Origin: Candidatus Nomurabacteria bacterium
GTDB taxonomy: Bacteria; Patescibacteriota; Minisyncoccia; Phycocordibacterales; UBA9973
Assembly: GCA_023267195.1 (NCBI GenBank)
Contig: JAHFNT010000004.1
Coordinates: 603 to 64,602 of the forward strand
Direction: 5' to 3'
DNA: 64,000 nucleotides
A model generated the notes under the pieces. It was not told the DNA's origin. It did no database searches and was given only the letters and a program-made list of their open reading frames with translations. Shown piece after piece: positions 50,716-60,934 of this stretch. Every line of letters starts with the position of its first letter. The stretch's first letter is position 1. The translations under genes and the position numbers were made by a program.

Positions 50716-51477
50716 TTATTTCTTTCTATTTTTAGCCATAAATCTCGTACCAGAAAAATTATCTCCTAATGCCACGGTTATTGTTCCCCTTTTTTCTCCA
50801 TTACCAATCAAGGTTTCCACCCCTCTTTTTGTCGCGTACTCCGCAGCCTCAACTTTAGCAAGCATTCCTCCCACCCCGAGCAAGGACTTACCAACAGCGC
50901 AAAGAGATTTGATATTGGCGTTGATAACAGGAACATTTTTTATTAATCTAGCATCTTTATCATAATCAGGATTGCCAGTATATAATCCGTTTTTATTTGT
51001 AAGAATAATAAGCTTATCCGCCTTCAGTCCAACCGCGACCATTGCCCCCAACATATCGTTGTCGTTTACCCTTAAATCCTCTCTCTTCATTACATCATTC
51101 TCGTTGATAATTGGTAGAACTTTGTTTGAAAGCATAGCTTGAATGTTTGAAACAAAATTTTTGAAATGCTTGCGGTTGGTAAAATCATCACTGAGAATAA
51201 GAACTTGACCAACAATAATTTTATGCTTTTTTGCCTGGCGGATATAGCTATGCATTAACATCGGCTGTCCCACGGCAGCGGCAATTTTTTTCCGCAAAGG
51301 ACTTGAAAAATCAACCAGGGATAACCCCGCCCCGATAGCACCCGAACTCACCAGCACAACCTCATGCCCAAGTTTCAAAAGCCCGACAATTTCACCCACA
51401 ATTCTCGCCATTCGCGATCGGCTAAGTCCAGCTTTGTCAGAGATTACTTGTGTGCCTATCTTGATTACTAAACGCAT
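50716..51477 (-). CDS. proB: glutamate 5-kinase (no PUA domain)
   Basis: Amino-acid-kinase fold, MRLVIKIGTQVISD N-terminus. Confidence 0.8.
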   Translation of the reverse strand: MRLVIKIGTQVISDKAGLSRSRMARIVGEIVGLLKLGHEVVLVSSGAIGAGLSLVDFSSPLRKKIAAAVGQPMLMHSYIRQAKKHKIIVGQVLILSDDFTNRKHFKNFVSNIQAMLSNKVLPIINENDVMKREDLRVNDNDMLGAMVAVGLKADKLIILTNKNGLYTGNPDYDKDARLIKNVPVINANIKSLCAVGKSLLGVGGMLAKVEAAEYATKRGVETLIGNGEKRGTITVALGDNFSGTRFMAKNRKK

Positions 51478-51531
51478 ACGGCTATCTTAGCTTAACTGGC
51501 ACACATCCGCAAATTATTTTTATTAGTTTAC

Positions 51532-54531
51532 TCACTTGTAAATTTCCGCCATTTTGCAATATTCACATGAGGCATTTTTACCTGCCCGTCCTCCGGCGTG
51601 GCCATAAGAATTATATTTGCAGGGTCTATTAACCCATTCGCCAGATTTTAGTAAATTATTATAATCGGCTATATCTTTCAACAATAAATTTATCTGCTCA
51701 CTACTTATATGCGTAGAATACAGAGCATTTTTGTCATCTTTCTTCGCTTCAAGGAAAAGCAATTTAGAAATATGCACTTCCCTACCTTTTTCAGCTCCCG
51801 CAACCAAATACGAATACATTGCAAGCTGCCGCATGGATGAAGAGAGTCTGCCTTCTTCATCTATTTTTTCTATAACTCCTTTTGTTTTTGTGCTACCAGT
51901 TTTAAAATCAGTCACAACCACGTCTCCATTTGAGAGAGTTTCTGTTAAATCTAATTTTCCATACATCAGCAATTGTGGAAATTTAGGATCACGAAACTGC
52001 AGGGATCTTTCAGAGGTAAAATCTTTTGCCAAATTTGCGTAATAATTTTCTATAAAATACAACACGGCTTTTTCCCCATCTTTTGTAAGCTTCTTTAATT
52101 CTGACTCATTCTCTATTCCCTCTTTTTCCAATTCTGTTTTTATTTTTTCTTTTATTTCAGCCGTTTGTGGTAAAGTTTTATTTTTCAAAATAAATTCTAT
52201 CGTGCTATGCACCGCAGAACCCAAACCAAGCGAAATACTTTTAACTTCTGGCAATTTCAAAAAATTTCTAAAATACCATTTCCATGGACATTCAAAAAAG
52301 TTATTGAGCAAGGATACAGATATCCTGCTTTCTTCATAATTCTCCTTCACAAATTTTTTAATATCTTCTAGAATATTGCTTTCTTTTGTTTTTGCGATAG
52401 CAGTATATATTTGAGGTCCTTGTGATAAAATTTCTTTTTCTGTTTCATTTTTATCTTTTTTAATAAAATGCAGATCCGGCAATTCGCGAATAATTTTAGA
52501 AAGCTCCATCTCGTCACCAGTATAATTTTCTCCAGCATAAGAAATATTGCAGAATTCTTTCGCACGAGTTATCGCCACATATAATTCTCTTTTAGTAGAT
52601 TCGATATCACGCTCGGCAATATGCATTTTTACTTTCTCTGGTAGAGAAAAACCATTTCTCTTTTCCGACATCACGACTTCTTCATTCATGTGCGCTATCC
52701 ACACAGCTCTGTATTCTAAACCTTTTGATTTGTGTAAAGTCATCACCTGTACCCCAGACTCAGACCCGAAACTAGCTAAGCTGATATGATTACCATAGCT
52801 CTCTAGCCTTCTAAAATATTCTACAAATTCTACCACCTTCTTCTTTTTATTTTTTTGCTCAAAAAGCAAAGCTAGGTGAATGAAACTTCGCACAACTTCC
52901 ACGTTGCGTATTAACTCTTCATGGGTTTTTGATTCATTAATCAAAAATTCATTACCGACAACGCTGACTAGGACAGAAAGTCTCTCATTTGAAAGTGTAT
53001 CTATCCAATTTTTCAAAAGACTGCCCCATTTGGAAATAGAACTTTCTTCATTAAAAAGCCCCCCGTCTTTGTTGTTCGATATTAATTCCTCAATATTTAA
53101 TTTCTCGGGTTTAATAGATTTTAAAAATTTATGAGCTAAGAAAGTCGGGATATTGGTATATTTGTCGAGCAAGGATTCGGATAAATTTATAGCATCGAAT
53201 GGATTTGCGATAATACTTAAGACCCTAAAAAGACTTTGCGTTTCTGATAAATCAAAAAGCGATATATTCTTTCCAGCTGAAACTGGCACGCCCATATTAT
53301 TTAAGATCTCAATGGCATTTCGAACATGGTAGTTTTTGGGCACCAACAATGCGCAATCCTCTGGTCTCATCCCCCCCTTGATTTTATCTCTAAAATACAG
53401 CCCCGCGCCTAGTATTTCGTCCCGCGGATAAGCATATTCACTCAAAGTAGTTTGATAATTTAAATCTGTATTGGTGTGTAATTTTTTATCTGTTATTTTA
53501 CTTTTCAATAGATCATCCGCTAGGGCAAGTATCTTCTCTGTTGAACGATAATTTTCTGTTAGAATTACAAGTTTTGCTTTTCCAAAAAAATGTGAGAATT
53601 CTTCAAAATAAGAAAGTTTCGCGCCAGAAAAACCATAAATGAGTTGTCTGTCATCCCCCACTACGAAAATATTTGGATTTTCTGTGTCCTTCCATACAAC
53701 CTTTAAAAAATTATTTTGCACATTGCTTGAATCCTGATGTTCATCCACCAAAATATACTGATAATTTTCTTTTATTTCCGCGCGAATATCTGGAAATTCC
53801 TCCACGAGCTTCACAGTGTACTCTAAAATATCATCGTAATCCATAAAACCCAGTTCGCGCTTTTTATCCTCATAAATTCTGTAAAATTCAACAACTTCAC
53901 GTGTGCGCTCTAAAGATTCTATTTTTGTTTTAATCTCTTTTTTCAATTGTCCTTTACTATCCCCGCGTGTTGAAATACTTTCCCGATCATTTTTCAAAAA
54001 TTCTATTTCGGCTTCTACGTAAGACAAAAACTCCTCAGGCGTCAACCTCTCTCTTTTTAAAATAGAAATAAGTTGTTTCAGGTCAGAAAAATACATTTCT
54101 GGGTTTGCGCGCGGACGCAAGTACTCCCAAGTATTTCCTTGTAAAATATCATCAACTAAAAAAACTGCCTCGTCGTCAGAAAGCATTTTAGGCATCACTG
54201 TAAAACTAAGCAATTCGTAATTTTTCTCAATAAGTTCTATCCCAAAACTATGAAAAGTAGAGATATTAACCTTTTCTGAATCAGAACCGATGTATTCATT
54301 CAGGCGATTTTTCATCGCTTTCACCCCAGAATTCGTAAAAGTTAGGCATAAAATACTATCTGCCTTGGTATCCGTTTCCAAGAGTATTTTTCCAATTCTA
54401 AGCGCCAAAATCTGCGTTTTGCCAGTTCCCGGGCCCGCAACGACCATCACAGGGCCCTCTAAAGCATCCACAGCCTCTTTTTGAGCCTTATTCAGCTTTT
54501 TATACTCATTATTAAAAATTACTTCAGACAT
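51532..54531 (-). CDS. UvrD/PcrA-family helicase fused to a C-terminal RecB/Cas4-like PD-(D/E)xK nuclease with Cys cluster
   Basis: Walker A GPGTGKT, DEHQD and VAITRAK helicase motifs. C-terminal GKLDL...VVTDFKTG nuclease motif. Terminal cysteines: C...C(x8)C(x2)C. Confidence 0.75.
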   Translation of the reverse strand: MSEVIFNNEYKKLNKAQKEAVDALEGPVMVVAGPGTGKTQILALRIGKILLETDTKADSILCLTFTNSGVKAMKNRLNEYIGSDSEKVNISTFHSFGIELIEKNYELLSFTVMPKMLSDDEAVFLVDDILQGNTWEYLRPRANPEMYFSDLKQLISILKRERLTPEEFLSYVEAEIEFLKNDRESISTRGDSKGQLKKEIKTKIESLERTREVVEFYRIYEDKKRELGFMDYDDILEYTVKLVEEFPDIRAEIKENYQYILVDEHQDSSNVQNNFLKVVWKDTENPNIFVVGDDRQLIYGFSGAKLSYFEEFSHFFGKAKLVILTENYRSTEKILALADDLLKSKITDKKLHTNTDLNYQTTLSEYAYPRDEILGAGLYFRDKIKGGMRPEDCALLVPKNYHVRNAIEILNNMGVPVSAGKNISLFDLSETQSLFRVLSIIANPFDAINLSESLLDKYTNIPTFLAHKFLKSIKPEKLNIEELISNNKDGGLFNEESSISKWGSLLKNWIDTLSNERLSVLVSVVGNEFLINESKTHEELIRNVEVVRSFIHLALLFEQKNKKKKVVEFVEYFRRLESYGNHISLASFGSESGVQVMTLHKSKGLEYRAVWIAHMNEEVVMSEKRNGFSLPEKVKMHIAERDIESTKRELYVAITRAKEFCNISYAGENYTGDEMELSKIIRELPDLHFIKKDKNETEKEILSQGPQIYTAIAKTKESNILEDIKKFVKENYEESRISVSLLNNFFECPWKWYFRNFLKLPEVKSISLGLGSAVHSTIEFILKNKTLPQTAEIKEKIKTELEKEGIENESELKKLTKDGEKAVLYFIENYYANLAKDFTSERSLQFRDPKFPQLLMYGKLDLTETLSNGDVVVTDFKTGSTKTKGVIEKIDEEGRLSSSMRQLAMYSYLVAGAEKGREVHISKLLFLEAKKDDKNALYSTHISSEQINLLLKDIADYNNLLKSGEWVNRPCKYNSYGHAGGRAGKNASCEYCKMAEIYK

Positions 54532-54561
54532 ATCTGTGTATTATACTTCTTTTTTAAAAAT

Positions 54562-55716
54562 TTAATTTAAACTTGAGATCGCCCCTAATTCATCATCAGA
54601 AAGAGTGGTATTTTTTTCAAACATTTTTTCAAATTCTAATGGATTGATTTCTCTAAATAAAAGATCGTTATGGCTAGTGCTTCCAACTAAGAATTCTAAA
54701 TTGTAATTCCCCAATTCAGGAACTTTTTCAGACAAAACTTTTTTCGCAATTTTATACAAAGAATGCGCTTTGGTAGTTTCCCTCATTCTATTCATCCCTT
54801 CTTCAAGGAACAAACTTGAGCACATGACTGTCACGCCATCCTTCTCACTGACTCTCCCTTCTTTGATATTTTTCAAGACAATGTTCCCCGCTGTTTCAAT
54901 TGCTTTTTCAATGCTAAAAATTGGATTGTTGTAGGGACCGATAATCAGGGCTTTATTGTGTTCATGCAGCCAACTAAAACCGCGACCTATGCATATCACT
55001 GATTCTCTGTGCACTAAATCAACTGAGTCTTTGCCTATTTTTTTATAATGTCTTACTTGTTCATAATTGCCTAACACAAGCACTATTAAGTCATCTCTTA
55101 TATCTGTAGGCATTTGGGGATAAAGACTTGCTATACAAGCTTTGATTTCTTTGGCATCCAGATCAAGATTGTCAAAAACAGAAAACGTCTTTCCCAAATC
55201 TCCATGAAGAACTAAACCGTCTGAGTCTGTTTCAATGCCAACAACGATAGGATAAACAATCGAACTCTCACTCAACTCACCAAAAACAACACGATGCTGA
55301 TTTACTAATTGTTTTGCCCATCTTAAAGCTTCTTTAGTGTTTTTATCATGACCAGCACACCCTCTCTTGTGATCACCTTTTGAAAAATGATAAGTAGAAA
55401 GGACTAAACACTTTCTTTTTTTTAAAACAGCATATTTTACCCAACCTTCAATCAAACTTCCGAGATATGGATCTCCTAAATCAAAGATACCTCCCATTTG
55501 TCTGTAAGGCTGGATTATTCCTTGGGGAACCCCAGTGATAGCCGGCAAATCCAATCTACCATCCATACACTTATATGCGCATACCTCTGTCGGATGTTTC
55601 TCCCGATAATACTCTCTAAGTAATTTATTTTCAGGTTTAATAAACTTGATACTTTGTTCTTTGTTTCGCTCTAAAAGAAATTGAGTTGTAACACTTCTGT
55701 TGGTCATATCAATCAC
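54562..55716 (-). CDS. hypothetical protein with beta-carbonic-anhydrase-like zinc motifs
   Basis: CMDGR (CxDxR) and HKRGCAG (HxxCG) spaced as in beta-CA. 384 aa is long for that family. Confidence 0.3.
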   Translation of the reverse strand: MIDMTNRSVTTQFLLERNKEQSIKFIKPENKLLREYYREKHPTEVCAYKCMDGRLDLPAITGVPQGIIQPYRQMGGIFDLGDPYLGSLIEGWVKYAVLKKRKCLVLSTYHFSKGDHKRGCAGHDKNTKEALRWAKQLVNQHRVVFGELSESSIVYPIVVGIETDSDGLVLHGDLGKTFSVFDNLDLDAKEIKACIASLYPQMPTDIRDDLIVLVLGNYEQVRHYKKIGKDSVDLVHRESVICIGRGFSWLHEHNKALIIGPYNNPIFSIEKAIETAGNIVLKNIKEGRVSEKDGVTVMCSSLFLEEGMNRMRETTKAHSLYKIAKKVLSEKVPELGNYNLEFLVGSTSHNDLLFREINPLEFEKMFEKNTTLSDDELGAISSLN

Positions 55717-55732
55717 TAAAAATATAAATAAA

Positions 55733-56653
55733 CTATGTTAATTTATTTTTCAAATGGATTCGTGACTTCCAAAAGAAAAATCCGATAATGATGAGGGTGG
55801 CAAGTGGAGAAAGATATTCAGGAATATGAAAATCGAAACTATGCAAGATCATAATGATTCCAAGAACCAGGATAGAATACATTGCGCCGTTTTTCAAGTA
55901 AACATATTTTTTTATATTTTCAATATTGCGAATCGTTAATTCCCGTACAATCAAAGCCCCCAAGCCATTACCAAGCAAAATGAGAGGCACAGAAAGAGTG
56001 AAAGCGAAAGCACCCAGCACACCATCGATAGAAAAAGTAGTATCTATTATTTCCAAGAAAAAAAGTTTACTTAAGTCAGACTGCGTACTGCCCAACAACT
56101 TTTTTTCTTGTTCTTCGGCGTTTTGTTTAAAACCGTGAGTGATGAAAAACAAAGTGGAACCGACCACGGCGCCAAAACCCATCAAATTACTCTCTTTGAG
56201 CGCAAACCATGCAATAATAGAAAGCAAAACAGAAACTGTGGCATAAAACCAAACCCCTTTCGACATGAAAAATTTCTCGGTGCGAGGCAAACCCAGATGC
56301 TTATCTTCCAGAAACAGCCAATGTAAAAATAAAAACAAAAGAAACACCCCACCAGCCACCAGTAGTATCGGCGCAGACTTTTCAATAGATTCTAAAACTA
56401 GAGGATCGTTAGACCAGGCCGCAGATAAAATTTGCAGAACAGAGAGAGTTGGATTAAAAGCCCAAATAATAACAAAAGGAAGAACCCCCCGCACAATAAA
56501 TACCGCAAACAACATCCCCCAAACTAGAAACCATCTTTTCGCCCGCTCGCTCATGGTAGATAAGACTTCTGCGTTGATGATCGCATTGTCCACCGATGAA
56601 ATCGCCTCAAAAAGCGACAGCCCAACAATCGTAAAAATAGCCGAAAATATCAT
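55733..56653 (-). CDS. TerC/DUF475-family integral membrane protein
   Basis: Multi-TM, SSVDNAIINAEVL motif. Confidence 0.6.
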   Translation of the reverse strand: MIFSAIFTIVGLSLFEAISSVDNAIINAEVLSTMSERAKRWFLVWGMLFAVFIVRGVLPFVIIWAFNPTLSVLQILSAAWSNDPLVLESIEKSAPILLVAGGVFLLFLFLHWLFLEDKHLGLPRTEKFFMSKGVWFYATVSVLLSIIAWFALKESNLMGFGAVVGSTLFFITHGFKQNAEEQEKKLLGSTQSDLSKLFFLEIIDTTFSIDGVLGAFAFTLSVPLILLGNGLGALIVRELTIRNIENIKKYVYLKNGAMYSILVLGIIMILHSFDFHIPEYLSPLATLIIIGFFFWKSRIHLKNKLT

Positions 56654-56673
56654 TCCTATATCTTACCCCAAAT

Positions 56674-57612
56674 TTAGAAAAAGATAAATTTGTTGATAGC
56701 ACTCCGGTAGACTCGGTAAGGCTTTGGGCCAACGAAGGCTTTATCATTAATGAAGATCGTCGGGGTGCCGTACAGATTAGTTTTATTTAATTCTTTCACT
56801 TGGTTTTCTACAACCTTTTTTGTTTCGGTACTATTCGCGCAAGCATTTACCTTTTTCACATCAAAATTAAATTTTGTGAGTATTTTATCGGCATTTGATT
56901 TATTAAGCACAAAATCTTTCTCCGTCGTAAATAAATAATTATTAAAATCCCAATACTTGTCTGGATAATCCTTATAAACACAGTAGCCGATATTCGCCAA
57001 GAAAGTCGTATCCCCCTTGGCTGGATAGTGAGCAAAGGTAAAGTTAGCATTTTTGTTTTCTATTAATTTCTCTATATCTGGATAGGCTTTGCGGCTATAA
57101 TCACAAGCATAACAACCAATAAACACGACTTCATCTTTAGAGTTGTTGTTGATTTTGGGAAAAGTAGACAAGTCAACACCGAGCAAATCTAGGCTCTCTT
57201 CTGTTTTTGGTGTAATGCCACAACTAGAATCATCTCCGATGCCCGTCACTTTATTATTTTCTCCGCTTGGATCAAAAGCGCAAAAACCACTCGCATTCAG
57301 GCCGTTGCAACTGCCATAGACATAAAAATTATAAATACCTCTTCCAACCCAGACAGTGCTGCCCACCATCAAGATAAAAAATATCCAAGACAAAATTTCA
57401 TAATGTTTATTAACCATTTTGGCTAAGAAAATTGAACGCGCGAGCAGTTTAGACAAAATTTTACCTTTTATTTTCTCTTGAAACCCAGTATTACAAGGGC
57501 GCAAGGTTACTCTCCGAAAAATACAGCTGAATGCTTCTTTTGCCAAAGCTCGGTGCGAGGCGCTGAAGATTCCCATTATTCCAAAAACAATCAAGGCTAA
57601 GAGGCAAGGCAT
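56674..57612 (-). CDS. membrane-anchored DsbA-like thiol:disulfide oxidoreductase
   Basis: N-terminal TM region, CYAC active site, cis-Pro GTPT. Confidence 0.6.
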   Translation of the reverse strand: MPCLLALIVFGIMGIFSASHRALAKEAFSCIFRRVTLRPCNTGFQEKIKGKILSKLLARSIFLAKMVNKHYEILSWIFFILMVGSTVWVGRGIYNFYVYGSCNGLNASGFCAFDPSGENNKVTGIGDDSSCGITPKTEESLDLLGVDLSTFPKINNNSKDEVVFIGCYACDYSRKAYPDIEKLIENKNANFTFAHYPAKGDTTFLANIGYCVYKDYPDKYWDFNNYLFTTEKDFVLNKSNADKILTKFNFDVKKVNACANSTETKKVVENQVKELNKTNLYGTPTIFINDKAFVGPKPYRVYRSAINKFIFF

Positions 57613-57616
57613 AAAT

Positions 57617-58825
57617 TTAAAATACTTTCAGAACTTTGTTTAAATTATTGATAAAGGCTTCGGCGTCTGCCATTGTATTGTATAAATACAGAGAAACCCT
57701 AGCTGAATTATGAATTCCCTTCCCTTTGAACCAAGAGTGGACGCAATGCTGCCCGGAACGAATAGAGATATTTGCCACTTCATCGAGCATAATCGCAAAT
57801 TTATGCATGTCTGTGCCGTCTATATAAAAATTGACTATCCCTGACCTCAGCTTCGGATCTTCCGGACCGATAATTTTTATATTTTTTATTTTTTTAAGTT
57901 CTGTGGTGATGTAAGCATTTAATTTTAATTCGTGCTCTCTGATATCACTCCAATCAAACTGGCTTAAATATTTCACCGCCTCGCCCAGTCCAATAATCCC
58001 AGCATAATCTTGCAGCCCAGCTTCAAACTTCTCCGGAACGGGAAGCATTTTGTAACTATCATAGGTGGAGAATTCCACCGTATCTCCACCCACCAAAAAT
58101 GGCGCTAGTTTTTCTAATAATTCTTTTTTGCCGTAGAAAACTCCGGTACCTGTAGGACCGAGCATTTTGTGGCCGGAAAAAGAAAGAAAATCAACATCCA
58201 AATCCTGCACATCGATCTTTCGATGCGGAATACTCTGTGCGGCGTCCAAACAAACCAAGGCACCATTTTTGTGCGCAATTTCTATTATTTCTTTGGCTGG
58301 ATTTGTATAACCATCTAAATTCGAGGTATGCACTATGGAAACCAATTTGACGCCAGAAATTAATTTTGAAAAATTTTCCAGATTAAAAGTGCCATCCTCA
58401 TTGGCTGAAATTATTTTTACCTCAACACCTATTTTGTCTCGGAGTACAAGCCAAGGCACCAAATTTGAGTTATGTTCTTTGTCAGAAATTAAAACTATGT
58501 CCCCCTTTTTAAAATCTAAAGAGTTTACAAGTAAATTTAAGCCCTCAGTTGTATTCCGCGTAAAGATTATTTCATTTTCACTTTTCGCATTGATGAATTT
58601 TTGTACAAGCTCCCGTGCTTCTTTTACTTTATTAGTAACTTTGTCGCCTAATTTATGAGAGCTCCGACCAGCGCAAGCAGGAAAATTAAAATAATAATCA
58701 TTCATCGCTTTAATGACATTGTTTGGTTTCAAACTCATACAAGCACTATCCAAATACACCGGCGCGGACACGCCTTTCTGATTCAGAACATTAAAATCAG
58801 CTCTTATTTTTTCGGTATTTAACAT
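57617..58825 (-). CDS. cysteine desulfurase (class V aminotransferase, SufS/Csd-like)
   Basis: SGHKMLGPTGTGVFY PLP-lysine motif. Confidence 0.8.
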   Translation of the reverse strand: MLNTEKIRADFNVLNQKGVSAPVYLDSACMSLKPNNVIKAMNDYYFNFPACAGRSSHKLGDKVTNKVKEARELVQKFINAKSENEIIFTRNTTEGLNLLVNSLDFKKGDIVLISDKEHNSNLVPWLVLRDKIGVEVKIISANEDGTFNLENFSKLISGVKLVSIVHTSNLDGYTNPAKEIIEIAHKNGALVCLDAAQSIPHRKIDVQDLDVDFLSFSGHKMLGPTGTGVFYGKKELLEKLAPFLVGGDTVEFSTYDSYKMLPVPEKFEAGLQDYAGIIGLGEAVKYLSQFDWSDIREHELKLNAYITTELKKIKNIKIIGPEDPKLRSGIVNFYIDGTDMHKFAIMLDEVANISIRSGQHCVHSWFKGKGIHNSARVSLYLYNTMADAEAFINNLNKVLKVF

Positions 58826-58837
58826 AAATTCAGAAAT

Positions 58838-59236
58838 TTACATTTTTCGGGCAAGTCGTTCTCTAACCTTTTCAACCAAATCGCTTATCGTGTAATCCGC
58901 TTTCACCAGATAGTAGGCCGGTTCATTTTCTGCGATAGCCCAATTAATTTTTTCATCATCGGCACCCAAATTAGTAAGCATGATAATCGGGACATTCTTC
59001 CCCCATTCATTTGTTTCGCGTAATTTCTTCATTAATGTTAAACCATCCATTTTAGGCATTACAATGTCAAGCAAAATTATATCTGGATGTTCATGTAAGG
59101 CAATTTCAAGCCCGTCGACACCGTTTGCTGATTCAAGAACTTTAAATCCCTCCAGAGTAAACTTGTCGTCAAGCACTTTCCTAAGTGCTGCATCATCCTC
59201 AATAATCAATATTTTTTTATTTTCAAATTCGTTCAT
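58838..59236 (-). CDS. stand-alone response regulator receiver (CheY-like)
   Basis: KILIIEDD...DIILLDIVMPKMDG. Confidence 0.85.
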   Translation of the reverse strand: MNEFENKKILIIEDDAALRKVLDDKFTLEGFKVLESANGVDGLEIALHEHPDIILLDIVMPKMDGLTLMKKLRETNEWGKNVPIIMLTNLGADDEKINWAIAENEPAYYLVKADYTISDLVEKVRERLARKM

Positions 59237-59294
59237 AGTATTATTAACACGTTATTAATTATAATATAGCTTAAGCTAATAGCAAAATGATAAT

Positions 59295-60920
59295 TTATGG
59301 AGCTTGTTCATCCCCAAGACCTTCTACTGGGAATGTCACATAAAAAGTGGTACCCTCTTCGCCAGACTCAAACCAAACTTTTCCCCCAGAATTTTCAACA
59401 ATTGATTTTACAATATACAGACCAAGACCATTACCATCCGGTTCTCTCTCTTTCGCTAGATCGTCTCTAAAAAGCTTGGTAAATATTTTCGGTTGAGCTT
59501 CTCTGGGGATTGGCAAACCGTTATTCCAAATGGCAACCAGGGCATCTGATTTTTGGAGAGAAATATTTAAACGAACTTTCCCCTCAACCCCAACATATTT
59601 AATCGCATTGCCAAACAAATTTTGGAAAATTATCCTGACTAATTTTGGATCAGCAATAATTGTAGGCAAGAATGAATATTTTTTTTCAAAACTAATTTTT
59701 TTAGATAAAATTTGTGGCTTTAATTCAGTCAGAACACTTTCGGCTATATTTTTTAGCCCTATCGCCTCTCTCTCCACCTTAAGTGTACCTAATTCAAGAC
59801 GTGACACATTCAAAAGGGTATTAACCAACTCAATCATTATTTTATTTCCTTTGTAAATTTCTTCAAAATATTTCTTTTTGTTTGGCGCATCCACCTCTCC
59901 ATTTAAAATCATTTCAGTATACCAACTGATAGCGGTAAGCGGAGCTCTTAATTGATGCGCGGCAATAGAAACGAATTCTGATTTTGCTTTATCAATTTCT
60001 TTTTCTTTGGTAACATCGCGAATTATTTCTATTAATCCTATAGTTTTCCCGTTTAATTTTATCGGCGTCGCGGTAATGGCTATGGGGAATTTAGTTTTGT
60101 CTTCTTTGGCAAAAAAATAAACAACTCTGGTAACTTCTCCTGTTTTTAAAGCTATGGCGGTCGGTCTTTTCTCGGGCGGTACGATATTCCCTTTTTCGTC
60201 TTCCAAGCGAAGCTCAGTAATCACTTTACCAACTAAATCTTTCGTTTTCCAGCCAATTAAATCACTGGCAACTTTATTTATAAGCATTATTTTTTTGTCG
60301 TTACCGACCGCAATTAATCCTTCACCTATGCTTTCCAAGATAGCTTCGTCTTTTACTTTTGATTCTTCTATTTTCTTATAGTTCTTCTTTAATTCCTCCT
60401 GCAATCGTTTCTCTTCGTCTAACGCCAAACTCAGATTGCGCGAATTGACTTCAAGTTCTGCCCAAATAGCCAGATTTTTAAGAATTTCCTTGTCGGATTT
60501 AAGAAATTTTCTTGGTTTGACATCTTTTATGCAGAAAACACCAACTCGTTCACTATCCGCATTCACAATAGGTACACCAGCATAAAATCTTATATGGGGT
60601 TTACCAATCACCATCGGATTATCGAAAAATCTTTTATCTTTTTTGGTGTCTGGTATCACAAACACATCCTTAGTAAAAAGAGCATGTCCACAAAAAGAAA
60701 TCGCTCGATCCCCTTCTTTTGCTGGTAGACCAACACAAGACTTAAACCATTCCCTTTTGGAATCCACCAGAGTTAGAGTAGATATAGGAACATTAAAAAT
60801 TTTGGTGGCCGTTTTTGTAATGCGGTCAAATCGCTTTTCTGGTTTAGTATCAAGCAATCCTAATTTATGTAAGGAAAGTAGGCGCTTTTTTTCGTTTTTT
60901 GGTATGGGTGCTTTTTTCAT
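59295..60920 (-). CDS. sensor histidine kinase with GAF and PAS domains
   Basis: H-box HQLRAPLTAI, N-box GNAIKY, G2 GLGLYIVKSIVE. Confidence 0.85.
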   Translation of the reverse strand: MKKAPIPKNEKKRLLSLHKLGLLDTKPEKRFDRITKTATKIFNVPISTLTLVDSKREWFKSCVGLPAKEGDRAISFCGHALFTKDVFVIPDTKKDKRFFDNPMVIGKPHIRFYAGVPIVNADSERVGVFCIKDVKPRKFLKSDKEILKNLAIWAELEVNSRNLSLALDEEKRLQEELKKNYKKIEESKVKDEAILESIGEGLIAVGNDKKIMLINKVASDLIGWKTKDLVGKVITELRLEDEKGNIVPPEKRPTAIALKTGEVTRVVYFFAKEDKTKFPIAITATPIKLNGKTIGLIEIIRDVTKEKEIDKAKSEFVSIAAHQLRAPLTAISWYTEMILNGEVDAPNKKKYFEEIYKGNKIMIELVNTLLNVSRLELGTLKVEREAIGLKNIAESVLTELKPQILSKKISFEKKYSFLPTIIADPKLVRIIFQNLFGNAIKYVGVEGKVRLNISLQKSDALVAIWNNGLPIPREAQPKIFTKLFRDDLAKEREPDGNGLGLYIVKSIVENSGGKVWFESGEEGTTFYVTFPVEGLGDEQAP

Positions 60921-60934
60921 GAAACTTTATATTA

